DNA from: Eledone cirrhosa
Lineage: Eukaryota
NCBI GenBank assembly: GCA_964016885.1
Contig: OZ024741.1
Location: 3,906,001-3,970,000 of the forward strand
Direction of reading: 5' to 3'
Length of the DNA stretch: 64,000 bases
The position numbers and the translations under genes were made by a program. The notes under the pieces were generated by a model. The model was not told the DNA's origin. It made no database searches and saw only the letters and a program-made list of their open reading frames with translations. Below are positions 39,070 through 49,379 of the stretch, one piece after another (position 1 is the stretch's first letter; each line of letters begins with the position of its first letter).

Positions 39070-42000
39070 TGGTGCAGGTAGTTTGATCCATGGAGGTTTT
39101 AAAGGATGCAGTGTCTAGACAGCTAACAACTGATGCAGGTAGTTTGATCCATGGAGGTTTTAAAGGATGCAGAGTCTCGACAGCTAACAACTGATGCTGG
39201 TAGTTTGTTCCATGGAGGTTTTAAAGGATCCAGTGTCGCGACAGCTAACAACTGATGCAGGTAGTTTGTTCCATGGATGTTTTAAAGGATGCAGTGTCTC
39301 GACAGCTAACAACTGATGCTGGTAGTTTGTTCCATGGAGGTTTTAAAGGATCCAGTGTCTCAACAGCTAACAACTGATGCAGGTAGTGTGTTCCATGGAT
39401 GTTTTAAAGGATTCAGTGTCTCAACAGCTAACAACTGATGCAGGTAGTTTGTTCCATGGAGGTTTTAAAGGATGCAGTGTCTCGACAGCTAACAACTGAT
39501 GCTGGTAGTTTGTTCCATGGAGGTTTGAAAGGATGTAGTGTCTCGTCAGCTAACAACTGGTGCGGCTAGTTTGATTCATGGAGGTTTTAAAGGATGCAGT
39601 GTCTCGTCAGCTAACAACTGGTGCAGGTAGTTTGATCCATAGAGGTTTTAAAGGATGCAGTGTCTCGACAGCTAACAACTGGTGCAGGTAGATTGTTCCA
39701 TGGAGATTTTAAAGGATCCAGTATCTCGACAGCTAACAACTGATGCCGGTAGTTTATTCCATTGAGGTTTTAAAGGATGCAGTGTCTCGACAGCTAACAA
39801 CTGATGCAGGTAGTTTGTTCCATGGAGGTTTTAAAGGATGCAGTGTCTCGACAGCTAACAACTGATGATGGTAGTTTGTTCCATGGAGGTTTTAAAGGAT
39901 GCAGTGTCTCGTCAGCTAAAAACTGGTGCAGGTAGTTTGATCCATGGAGATTTTAAAGGATCCAGTGTCTCGACAGCTAACAACTGGTGCAGCTAGTTTG
40001 ATTCATGGAGGTTTTAAAGGATGCAGTGTCTCGTCAGCTAACAACTGATGCAGGTAGTTTGTTCCATGGAGGTTTTAAAGGATCCAGTGTCTCGACAGCT
40101 AACAACTGATGCAGGTAGTTTGTTCCATGGAGGTTTTAAAGGATCCAGTGTCTCGACAGCTAACAACTGATGCAGGTAGTTTGTTCCATGGAGGTTTTAA
40201 AGGATGCAGTGTCTCGTCAGCTAACAACTGGTGCAGCTAGTTTGATTCATGGAGGTTTTAAAGGATGCAGTGTCTTGTCAGCTAACAACTGGTGCAGCTA
40301 GTTTGTTCCATGGAGGTTTTAAAGGATGCAGTGTCTCGTCAGCTAACAACTGGTGCAGCTAGTTTGATTCAATGAGGTTTTAAAGGATGCAGTCTCTCGA
40401 CAGCTAACAACTGGTGCAGGTAGTTTGATCCATGGAGGTTTTAAAGGATGCAGTGTCTAGACAGCTAACAACTGATGCAGGTAGTTTGATCCATGGAGGT
40501 TTTAAAGGATGCAGAGTCTCGACAGCTAACAACTGATGCTGGTAGTTTGTTCCATGGAGGTTTTAAAGGATCCAGTGTCGCGACAGCTAACAACTGATGC
40601 AGGTAGTTTGTTCCATGGATGTTTTAAAGGATGCAGTGTCTCGACAGCTAACAACTGATGCTGGTAGTTTGTTCCATGGAGGTTTTAAAGGATCCAGTGT
40701 CTCAACAGCTAACAACTGATGCAGGTAGTGTGTTCCATGGATGTTTTAAAGGATTCAGTGTCTCAACAGCTAACAACTGATGCAGGTAGTTTGTTCCATG
40801 GAGGTTTTAAAGGATGCAGTGTCTCGACAGCTAACAACTGATGCTGGTAGTTTGTTCCATGGAGGTTTGAAAGGATGTAGTGTCTCGTCAGCTAACAACT
40901 GGTGCGGCTAGTTTGATTCATGGAGGTTTTAAAGGATGCAGTGTCTCGTCAGCTAACAACTGGTGCAGGTAGTTTGATCCATAGAGGTTTTAAAGGATGC
41001 AGTGTCTCGACAGCTAACAACTGGTGCAGGTAGATTGTTCCATGGAGATTTTAAAGGATCCAGTATCTCGACAGCTAACAACTGATGCCGGTAGTTTATT
41101 CCATTGAGGTTTTAAAGGATGCAGTGTCTCGACAGCTAACAACTGATGCAGGTAGTTTGTTCCATGGAGGTTTTAAAGGATGCAGTGTCTCGACAGCTAA
41201 CAACTGATGATGGTAGTTTGTTCCATGGAGGTTTTAAAGGATGCAGTGTCTCGTCAGCTAAAAACTGGTGCAGGTAGTTTGATCCATGGAGATTTTAAAG
41301 GATCCAGTGTCTCGACAGCTAACAACTGGTGCAGCTAGTTTGATTCATGGAGGTTTTAAAGGATGCAGTGTCTCGTCAGCTAACAACTGATGCAGGTAGT
41401 TTGTTCCATGGAGGTTTTAAAGGATCCAGTGTCTCGACAGCTAACAACTGATGCAGGTAGTTTGTTCCATGGAGGTTTTAAAGGATCCAGTGTCTCGACA
41501 GCTAACAACTGATGCAGGTAGTTTGTTCCATGGAGGTTTTAAAGGATGCAGTGTCTCGTCAGCTAACAACTGGTGCAGCTAGTTTGATTCATGGAGGTTT
41601 TAAAGGATGCAGTGTCTTGTCAGCTAACAACTGGTGCAGCTAGTTTGTTCCATGGAGGTTTTAAAGGATGCAGTGTCTCGTCAGCTAACAACTGGTGCAG
41701 CTAGTTTGATTCAATGAGGTTTTAAAGGATGCAGTCTCTCGACAGCTAACAACTGGTGCAGGTAGTTTGATCCATGGAGGTTTTAAAGGATGCAGTGTCT
41801 CGACAGCTAACAACTGATGCAGGTAGTTTGTTCCATGGAGATTTTAAAGGATGCAGTGTCTCGACAGCTAACAACTGATGCAGGTAGTTTGTTCCATAGA
41901 GGTTTTAAAGGATGCAGTGTCTCGACAGCTAACAACTGATGCCGGTAGTTTATTCCATTGAGGTTTTAAAGGATGCAGTGTCTCGACAGCTAACAACTGA

Positions 42001-45000
42001 TGCAGGTAGTTTGTTCCATGGAGGTTTTAAAGGATGCAGTGTCTCGACAGCTAACAACTGATGATGGTAGTTTGTTCCATGGAGGTTTTAAAGGATGCAG
42101 TGTCTCGTCAGCTAAAAACTGGTGCAGGTAGTTTGATCCATGGAGGTTTTAAAGGATCCAGTGTCTCGACAGCTAACAACTGATGCAGATAGTTTGTTCC
42201 ATGCATGTTTTCAAGGATTCAGTGTCTCAACAGCTAACAACTGATGCAGGTAGTTTGTTCCATGGAGGTTTTAAAGGATGCAGTGTCGCGACAGCTAACA
42301 ACTGATGCTGGTAGTTTGTTCCATGGAGGTTTTAAAGGATGCAGTGTCTCGACAGCTAACAACTGATGCTGGTAGTTTGTTCCATGGAGGTTTTAAAGGA
42401 TCCAGTGTCTCGACAGCTAACAACTGATGCAGGTAGTTTGTTCCATGGATGTTTTAAAGGATGCAGTGTCTCGACAGCTAACAACTGATGCTGTTAGTTT
42501 GTTCCATGGAGGTTTTAAAGGATCCAGTGTCTCGACAGCTAACAACTGATGCAGGTAGTGTGTTCCATGGATGTTTTAAAGGATTCAGTGTCTCAACAGC
42601 TAACAACTGATGCAGGTAGTTTGTTCCATGGAGGTTTTAAAGGATGCAGTGTCTCGACAGCTAACAACTGATGCTGGTAGTTTGTTCCATGGAGGTTTTA
42701 AAGGATGCAGTGTCTCGACAGCTAACAACTGATGCTGGTAGTTTGTTCCATGGAGGTTTGAAAGGATGTAGTGTCTCGTCAGCTAACAACTGGTGCGGCT
42801 AGTTTGATTCATGGAGGTTTTAAAGGATGCAGTGTCTCGTCAGCTAACAACTGGTGCAGGTAGTTTGATCCATGGAGGTTTTAAAGGATGCAGTGTCTCG
42901 ACAGCTAACAACTGATGCAGGTAGATTGTTCCATAGAGGTTTTAAAGGATGCAGTGTCTCGACAGCTAACAACTGGTGCAGGTAGATTGTTCCATGGAGA
43001 TTTTAAAGGATCCAGTATCTCGACAGCTAACAACTGATGCCGGTAGTTTATTCCATTGAGGTTTTAAAGGATGCAGTGTCTCGACAGCTAACAACTGATG
43101 CAGGTAGTTTGATCCATGGAGGTTTTAAAGGATGCAGAGTCTCGACAGCTAACAACTGATGCTGGTAGTTTGTTCCATGGAGGTTTTAAAGGATCCAGTG
43201 TCGCGACAGCTAACAACTGATGCAGGTAGTTTGTTCCATGGATGTTTTAAAGGATGCAGTGTCTCGACAGCTAACAACTGATGCTGGTAGTTTGTTCCAT
43301 GGAGGTTTTAAAGGATCCAGTGTCTCAACAGCTAACAACTGATGCAGGTAGTGTGTTCCATGGATGTTTTAAAGGATTCAGTGTCTCAACAGCTAACAAC
43401 TGATGCAGGTAGTTTGTTCCATGGAGGTTTTAAAGGATGCAGTGTCTCGACAGCTAACAACTGATGCTGGTAGTTTGTTCCATGGAGGTTTGAAAGGATG
43501 TAGTGTCTCGTCAGCTAACAACTGGTGCGGCTAGTTTGATTCATGGAGGTTTTAAAGGATGCAGTGTCTCGTCAGCTAACAACTGGTGCAGGTAGTTTGA
43601 TCCATGGAGGTTTTAAAGGATGCAGTGTCTCGCCAGCTAACAACTGATGCAGGTAGATTGTTCCATAGAGGTTTTAAAGGATGCAGTGTCTCGACAGCTA
43701 ACAACTGGTGCAGGTAGATTGTTCCATGGAGATTTTAAAGGATCCAGTATCTCGACAGCTAACAACTGATGCCGGTAGTTTATTCCATTGAGGTTTTAAA
43801 GGATGCAGTGTCTCGACAGCTAACAACTGATGCAGGTAGTTTGTTCCATGGAGGTTTTAAAGGATGCAGTGTCTCGACAGCTAACAACTGATGATGGTAG
43901 TTTGTTCCATGGAGGTTTTAAAGGATGCAGTGTCTCGTCAGCTAAAAACTGGTGCAGGTAGTTTGATCCATGGAGATTTTAAAGGATCCAGTGTCTCGAC
44001 AGCTAACAACTGGTGCAGCTAGTTTGATTCATGGAGGTTTTAAAGGATGCAGTGTCTCGTCAGCTAACAACTGATGCAGGTAGTTTGTTCCATGGAGGTT
44101 TTAAAGGATCCAGTGTCTCGACAGCTAACAACTGATGCAGGTAGTTTGTTCCATGGAGGTTTTAAAGGATCCAGTGTCTCGACAGCTAACAACTGATGCA
44201 GGTAGTTTGTTCCATGGAGGTTTTAAAGGATGCAGTGTCTCGTCAGCTAACAACTGGTGCAGCTAGTTTGATTCATGGAGGTTTTAAAGGATGCAGTGTC
44301 TTGTCAGCTAACAACTGGTGCAGCTAGTTTGTTCCATGGAGGTTTTAAAGGATGCAGTGTCTCGTCAGCTAACAACTGGTGCAGCTAGTTTGATTCAATG
44401 AGGTTTTAAAGGATGCAGTCTCTCGACAGCTAACAACTGGTGCAGGTAGTTTGATCCATGGAGGTTTTAAAGGATGCAGTGTCTCGACAGCTAACAACTG
44501 ATGCAGGTAGTTTGTTCCATGGAGATTTTAAAGGATGCAGTGTCTCGACAGCTAACAACTGATGCAGGTAGTTTGTTCCATAGAGGTTTTAAAGGATGCA
44601 GTGTCTCGACAGCTAACAACTGATGCCGGTAGTTTATTCCATTGAGGTTTTAAAGGATGCAGTGTCTCGACAGCTAACAACTGATGCAGGTAGTTTGTTC
44701 CATGGAGGTTTTAAAGGATGCAGTGTCTCGACAGCTAACAACTGATGATGGTAGTTTGTTCCATGGAGGTTTTAAAGGATGCAGTGTCTCGTCAGCTAAA
44801 AACTGGTGCAGGTAGTTTGATCCATGGAGGTTTTAAAGGATCCAGTGTCTCGACAGCTAACAACTGATGCAGATAGTTTGTTCCATGCATGTTTTCAAGG
44901 ATTCAGTGTCTCAACAGCTAACAACTGATGCAGGTAGTTTGTTCCATGGAGTTTTTAAAGGATGCAGTGTCGCGACAGCTAACAACTGATGCTGGTAGTT

Positions 45001-46950
45001 TGTTCCATGGAGGTTTTAAAGGATGCAGTGTCTCGACAGCTAACAACTGATGCTGGTAGTTTGTTCCATGGAGGTTTTAAAGGATCCAGTGTCTCGACAG
45101 CTAACAACTGATGCAGGTAGTTTGTTCCATGGATGTTTTAAAGGATGCAGTGTCTCGACAGCTAACAACTGATGCTGTTAGTTTGTTCCATGGAGGTTTT
45201 AAAGGATCCAGTGTCTCGACAGCTAACAACTGATGCAGGTAGTGTGTTCCATGGATGTTTTAAAGGATTCAGTGTCTCAACAGCTAACAACTGATGCAGG
45301 TAGTTTGTTCCATGGAGGTTTTAAAGGATGCAGTGTCTCGACAGCTAACAACTGATGCTGGTAGTTTGTTCCATGGAGGTTTTAAAGGATGCAGTGTCTC
45401 GACAGCTAACAACTGATGCTGGTAGTTTGTTCCATGGAGGTTTGAAAGGATGTAGTGTCTCGTCAGCTAACAACTGGTGCGGCTAGTTTGATTCATGGAG
45501 GTTTTAAAGGATGCAGTGTCTCGTCAGCTAACAACTGGTGCAGGTAGTTTGATCCATGGAGGTTTTAAAGGATGCAGTGTCTCGACAGCTAACAACTGAT
45601 GCAGGTAGATTGTTCCATAGAGGTTTTAAAGGATGCAGTGTCTCGACAGCTAACAACTGGTGCAGGTAGATTGTTCCATGGAGATTTTAAAGGATCCAGT
45701 ATCTCGACAGCTAACAACTGATGCCGGTAGTTTATTCCATTGAGGTTTTAAAGGATGCAGTGTCTCGACAGCTAACAACTGATGCAGGTAGTTTGTTCCA
45801 TGGAGGTTTTAAAGGATGCAGTGTCTCGACAGCTAACAACTGATGATGGTAGTTTGTTCCATGGAGGTTTTAAAGGATGCAGTGTCTCGTCAGCTAAAAA
45901 CTGGTGCAGGTAGTTTGATCCATGGAGATTTTAAAGGATCCAGTGTCTCGACAGCTAACAACTGATGCAGGTAGTTTGTTCCATGGAGGTTTTAAAGGAT
46001 GCAGTGTCTCGTCAGCTAACAACTGGTGCAGCTAGTTTGATTCATGGAGGTTTTAAAGGATGCAGTGTCTCGTCAGCTAACAACTGGTGCAGCTAGTTTG
46101 ATTCAATGAGGTTTTAAAGGATGCAGTCTCTCGACAGCTAACAACTGGTGCAGGTAGTTTGATCCATGGAGGTTTTAAAGGATGCAGTGTCTCGACAGCT
46201 AACAACTGATGCAGGTAGTTTGTTCCATGGAGATTTTAAAGGATGCAGTGTCTCGACAGCTAACAACTGATGCAGGTAGTTTGTTCCATAGAGGTTTTAA
46301 AGGATGCAGTGTCTCGACAGCTAACAACTGATGCCGGTAGTTTATTCCATTGAGGTTTTAAAGGATGCAGTGTCTCGACAGCTAACAACTGATGCAGGTA
46401 GTTTGTTCCATGGAGGTTTTAAAGGATGCAGTGTCTCGACAGCTAACAACTGATGATGGTAGTTTGTTCCATGGAGGTTTTAAAGGATGCAGTGTCTCGT
46501 CAGCTAAAAACTGGTGCAGGTAGTTTGATCCATGGAGGTTTTAAAGGATCCAGTGTCTCGACAGCTAACAACTGATGCAGATAGTTTGTTCCATGCATGT
46601 TTTCAAGGATTCAGTGTCTCAACAGCTAACAACTGATGCAGGTAGTTTGTTCCATGGAGGTTTTAAAGGATGCAGTGTCGCGACAGCTAACAACTGATGC
46701 TGGTAGTTTGTTCCATGGAGGTTTTAAAGGATGCAGTGTCTCGACAGCTAACAACTGATGCTGGTAGTTTGTTCCATGGAGGTTTTAAAGGATCCAGTGT
46801 CTCGACAGCTAACAACTGATGCAAGTAGTTTGTTCCATGGATGTTTTAAAGGATGCAGTGTCTCGACAGCTAACAACTGATGCTGTTAGTTTGTTCCATG
46901 GCGGTTTTAAAGGATCCAGTGTCTCGACAGCTAACAACTGATGCAGGTAG
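39070..46950. repeat. Nested higher-order repeats (22-, 43/44-, 28-monomer offsets)
   Basis: TCTAGAC 39117/40459 (1342 = 22x61); CAGAGTC 40515/43138 (2623 = 43x61); CTGTTAG 42491/45175/46883 (2684 = 44x61, 1708 = 28x61). Confidence 0.85.
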
Positions 46951-47278
46951 TTTGTTCCATGGATGTTTTAAAGGATGCAGTGTCTCGACAGCTAACAACT
47001 GATGCTGGTAGTTTGTTCCATGGAGGTTTTAAAGGATCCAGTGTCTCGACAGCTAACAACTGGTACAGGTAGATTGTTCCATAGAGATTTTAATGGATCC
47101 AGTGTCTCGACAGCTAACAACTGATGCCGGTAGTTTATTCCATGGAGGTTTTAAAGGATGCAGTGTCGCGACAGCTAACAACTGATGCTGGTAGTTTGTT
47201 CCATGGAGGTTTTAAAGGATGCAGTGTCGCGACAGCTAACAACTGATGCTGGTAGTTTGTTCCATGGAGGTTTTAAAG

Positions 47279-47282
47279 GATG
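47279..47282 (+). other. Target-site duplication GATG (left copy; right copy 49380-49383)
   Basis: AAAG-GATG|TGTAGCG ... CGCTATA|GATG-CAGTG. Removing the element and one GATG restores an intact 61-bp monomer. Confidence 0.95.
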
Positions 47283-47648
47283 TGTAGCGGTTGTCTCCCT
47301 TGTTTTGGTTGGGATCTAGACGGGAGGTGGAACCCTTTCTGCGACTTCCGGTCAGAGCCCTATAAAACTAACAACTTTAAGCTTCCTCTCTCTCTTTTCC
47401 TTTTCGGCACCAGGTCAAGAGTCTTCTCATTTGGCTCTGCCATTAATTTGGCCAACAGGCGCCTGGCCTTAGCCAGGCGCCCTCTGCCAGCCGCGTTTGC
47501 CTGGCAATCAAAACGGTAACTACTAACTTTGTTTCATTCTAACATCTATCTTTGACATGTCAAGTATACTATCTACCGTTAATTAAATATTATACACACA
47601 AACCATGTCTCGTTTTGTTACATTCATACAACCAGTAACCTCGCTATA
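47283..47648 (+). repeat. 5' LTR (366 bp)
   Basis: Starts TGTAGCGG and ends CTCGCTATA (imperfect terminal inverted repeat TGTAGCG/CGCTATA). Matches 49012-49379 at offset 1729. Confidence 0.97.
47344..47367 (+). promoter_or_regulatory. Putative LTR promoter: ETS-like ACTTCCGG (47344-47351) and TATA box TATAAAA (47361-47367); copy in 3' LTR at 49073-49096
   Basis: Consensus TATA box in the U3 position, followed about 20-35 nt later by a pyrimidine-rich tract. Motif match only. Confidence 0.6.
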
Positions 47649-47649
47649 T

Positions 47650-47681
47650 TGGTAACCCTGACGTGATACGAACACGCAGCC
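47650..47681 (+). other. Primer-binding site complementary to the tRNA-Trp 3' end (18-nt core 47650-47667, extended to 47681)
   Basis: TGGTAACCCTGACGTGATACGAACACGCAGCC versus the recalled reverse complement of metazoan tRNA-Trp(CCA) 3' end TGGTGACCCCGACGTGATTCGAACACGCAGCC (29/32). It lies 1 nt after the LTR end and begins with TGG, the complement of CCA. Confidence 0.9.
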
Positions 47682-47864
47682 GTTCATCGCTATAAGTGGT
47701 CACCCCCAAAAAAAGAAAAAAATAGCACATCTGGTTTTGTGAGTAACATTACGAATACACAGCAAATTTACCGACAAACTATGAAAATACTCAAGGACAC
47801 GCACACACGCACATGTGGAATTCGCACAGACATACTTTTTCTCTCACGCATCAATTAACTGTCG

Positions 47865-48016
47865 CATTTCACCAATATATATATATATGTTTCTCGTTTC
47901 TTACAACGAACACTTTCAAAACAAAAAAAAAACAAAAAAAACATTTCACGATATATATATATATATGTTTCTCGTTTCTTACAACGAACTCTTTCAAAAC
48001 ACAAAAAAAAAAAAAA
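47865..48016 (+). repeat. Two-copy ~77-bp tandem duplication with (AT)n and poly-A tracts inside the element
   Basis: CATTTCAC..(AT)n GTTTCTCGTTTCTTACAACGAAC(A/T)CTTTCAAAAC-A(n) starts at 47865 and again at 47942. Confidence 0.9.
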
Positions 48017-48265
48017 GAAATTTGATATTCTTTAAAAAACATTTCAACAGGAACATTTATTTTCGATGAACCATTGCCTTTTTGTTCATCGTTCAAGTTT
48101 TTTGTTTTTTTCCAAAGTTCACACCTATAATTATGCTGATTGAAGCCTTTCTTTTTCATCATTGTCACTTTCAAAATTGCACTATCATTTTCTCGCGCGT
48201 TAGAAATATTTTTTTTCAACCTTGTATTGGCACGTGTAGGCAGCATAAATTCTCGATTCACTGAG

Positions 48266-48757
48266 ATGTCTCTACTCACAGACAGCCGCACGCCAGAGAT
48301 AGCATTTCTCCCCCAAGGATTCTTCAGCCTTAAGCTATATTCTTCTATTTGCCGGTTTATAAATTTACAATGTAAATTTACCGTTGATAACCGCGCATTT
48401 ATTGGGAATGCTTATTTCTCTGGTCGCTGGCCTCTTGACCCTTCCAAGTCAACGCATTCTCAACATCGACCATCAACTTCGGCTGCTATTTCTGGCACTT
48501 TGCGCAACTCATTTTTTCTAAAAAAAAAAATTTTTTTTACTGTGAATTTAAACACCGAATACGCTCACTCAGCGAGCCAACAGCAGCAGCAACAGCAATA
48601 CATCAATACAGCTTCACCAAAGCCAGAGAATTCATTTTTGCAGCACTCTTCCTGTGAGAAAATCCATTCGGAGGTTGGAAATTTCACGATATACCACAGA
48701 ACAGAAACCACCTGCATTCATTCTCTGGAACACACTTTCTTTCCTGCTGTCATGTGA
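48266..48757 (+). CDS. Doubtful ORF of unknown function (163 aa from ATG 48266; open frame from 48140) with a Q7 tract
   Basis: Longest open frame in the window, sense to the element. No recognisable domain, and it crosses an A11-T8 homopolymer. It may be non-coding. Confidence 0.15.
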   Translation: MSLLTDSRTPEIAFLPQGFFSLKLYSSICRFINLQCKFTVDNRAFIGNAYFSGRWPLDPSKSTHSQHRPSTSAAISGTLRNSFFLKKKIFFTVNLNTEYAHSASQQQQQQQYINTASPKPENSFLQHSSCEKIHSEVGNFTIYHRTETTCIHSLEHTFFPAVM

Positions 48758-48999
48758 TTGCACACCTGTGAACTATATTTTGAACTTTGAGCTCTTCTAT
48801 TACTTTTACTTTATTACGTTGTATCTTTGGGTGATGGATAGATGGATGTCCAGTCGTTCTCTGGCCAGGAGCGGTTGGCTACCTTGATATCTATCATTGA
48901 TTTTTCCAAACATTCTTTTGTCGTAATTTTCATGCCTGTTACAACATTCTCGCCAACTTGCTACATATTTTCATTTCGATTTTTATACACTAAAATTCT

Positions 49000-49008
49000 G
49001 GCGGGAGG
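49000..49008 (+). other. Polypurine tract
   Basis: CT-GGCGGGAGG-TTA immediately upstream of the 3' LTR start TGTAG. Confidence 0.8.
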
Positions 49009-49011
49009 TTA

Positions 49012-49379
49012 TGTAGCGGTTGTCTCCCTTGTTTTGGTTGGGATCTAGACGGGAGGTGGAACCCTTTCTGCGACTTCCGGTCAGAGCCCTATAAAACTAA
49101 CAACTTTAAGCTTCCTCTCTCTCTTTGCCTTTTCGGCACCAGGTCAAGAGTCTTCTCATTTGGCTCTGCCATTAATTTGGCCAACAGGCGCCTGGCCTTA
49201 GCCAGGCGCCCTCTGCCAGCCGCGTTTGCCTGGCAATCAAAACGGTAACTACTAACTTTGTTTCATTCTAACATCTATCTTTGACATGTCAAGTATACTA
49301 TCTACCGTTAATTAAATATTATACACACAAACCATGTCTCGTTTTGTTACATTCATACAACCTCAGTAATCTCGCTATA
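49012..49379 (+). repeat. 3' LTR (368 bp)
   Basis: Copy of the 5' LTR. Differences seen by eye: T47398 vs G49127, and a 2-bp indel plus one C/T near the 3' end (CAACCAGTAACCTCG vs CAACCTCAGTAATCTCG). Confidence 0.97.
49310..49316 (+). terminator. Putative polyadenylation signal (A)ATTAAA in the 3' LTR (5' LTR copy 47582-47587)
   Basis: ATTAAA variant followed by CA dinucleotides and a downstream GT/T-rich TGTCTCGTTTTGTT element. Confidence 0.55.

Larger units (their letters stand above)
1..47282. repeat. 61-bp satellite tandem array, left segment (~775 monomers; continues beyond window start)
   Basis: The motif shifts by 1 nt per 60-nt line, giving a period of 61. Consensus is AAGGATGCAGTGTCTCGACAGCTAACAACTGATGCAGGTAGTTTGTTCCATGGAGGTTTTA. 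Copies typically differ by a few substitutions and there is no orientation switch. Confidence 0.99.
47283..49379 (+). mobile_element. Non-autonomous LTR retrotransposon (2,097 bp; TRIM/LARD-like), probably a Ty3/gypsy CsRn1-clade derivative
   Basis: Two ~99% identical direct LTRs, a GATG TSD at 47279-47282 and 49380-49383, a PBS just after the 5' LTR, a PPT just before the 3' LTR, and a 1.36-kb interior without RT/IN motifs. The clade assignment is inferred from the tRNA-Trp PBS plus 4-bp TSD and is less certain than the element call. Confidence 0.95.

Noticed and set aside
47368-47376. CTAACAACT shared between the LTR and the satellite monomer (satellite derived from LTR?)
   Set aside because: Only 9 nt with no flanking similarity, which is compatible with chance.
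47280-47519. 79-aa ORF at the LTR start
   Set aside because: Its ATG is formed at the satellite/TSD junction and it lies within the LTR. No domain similarity.
47650-47685. tRNA-Trp gene on the minus strand
   Set aside because: Only the 3' ~32 nt are present, with encoded CCA. There is no anticodon or D arm, so it is a PBS and not a gene.
47813-48291. Overlapping short ORFs (47813-48025, 47815-48069, 47869-48291, 48082-48264)
   Set aside because: Low-complexity translations of (AT)n and poly-A tracts (YIYI, KKKK, FFFF).
48520-48538. A11-T8 inverted repeat as a terminator-like hairpin
   Set aside because: Homopolymer juxtaposition in an AT-rich eukaryotic element, with no supporting context.
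48654-49048. Possible integrase C-terminal remnant (VMDRW...ARSGW) and a hydrophobic 68-aa ORF
   Set aside because: Similarity to gypsy IDRLK/TRSGR motifs is too weak, with no GPY/F or DDE context. The hydrophobicity reflects T-rich DNA.
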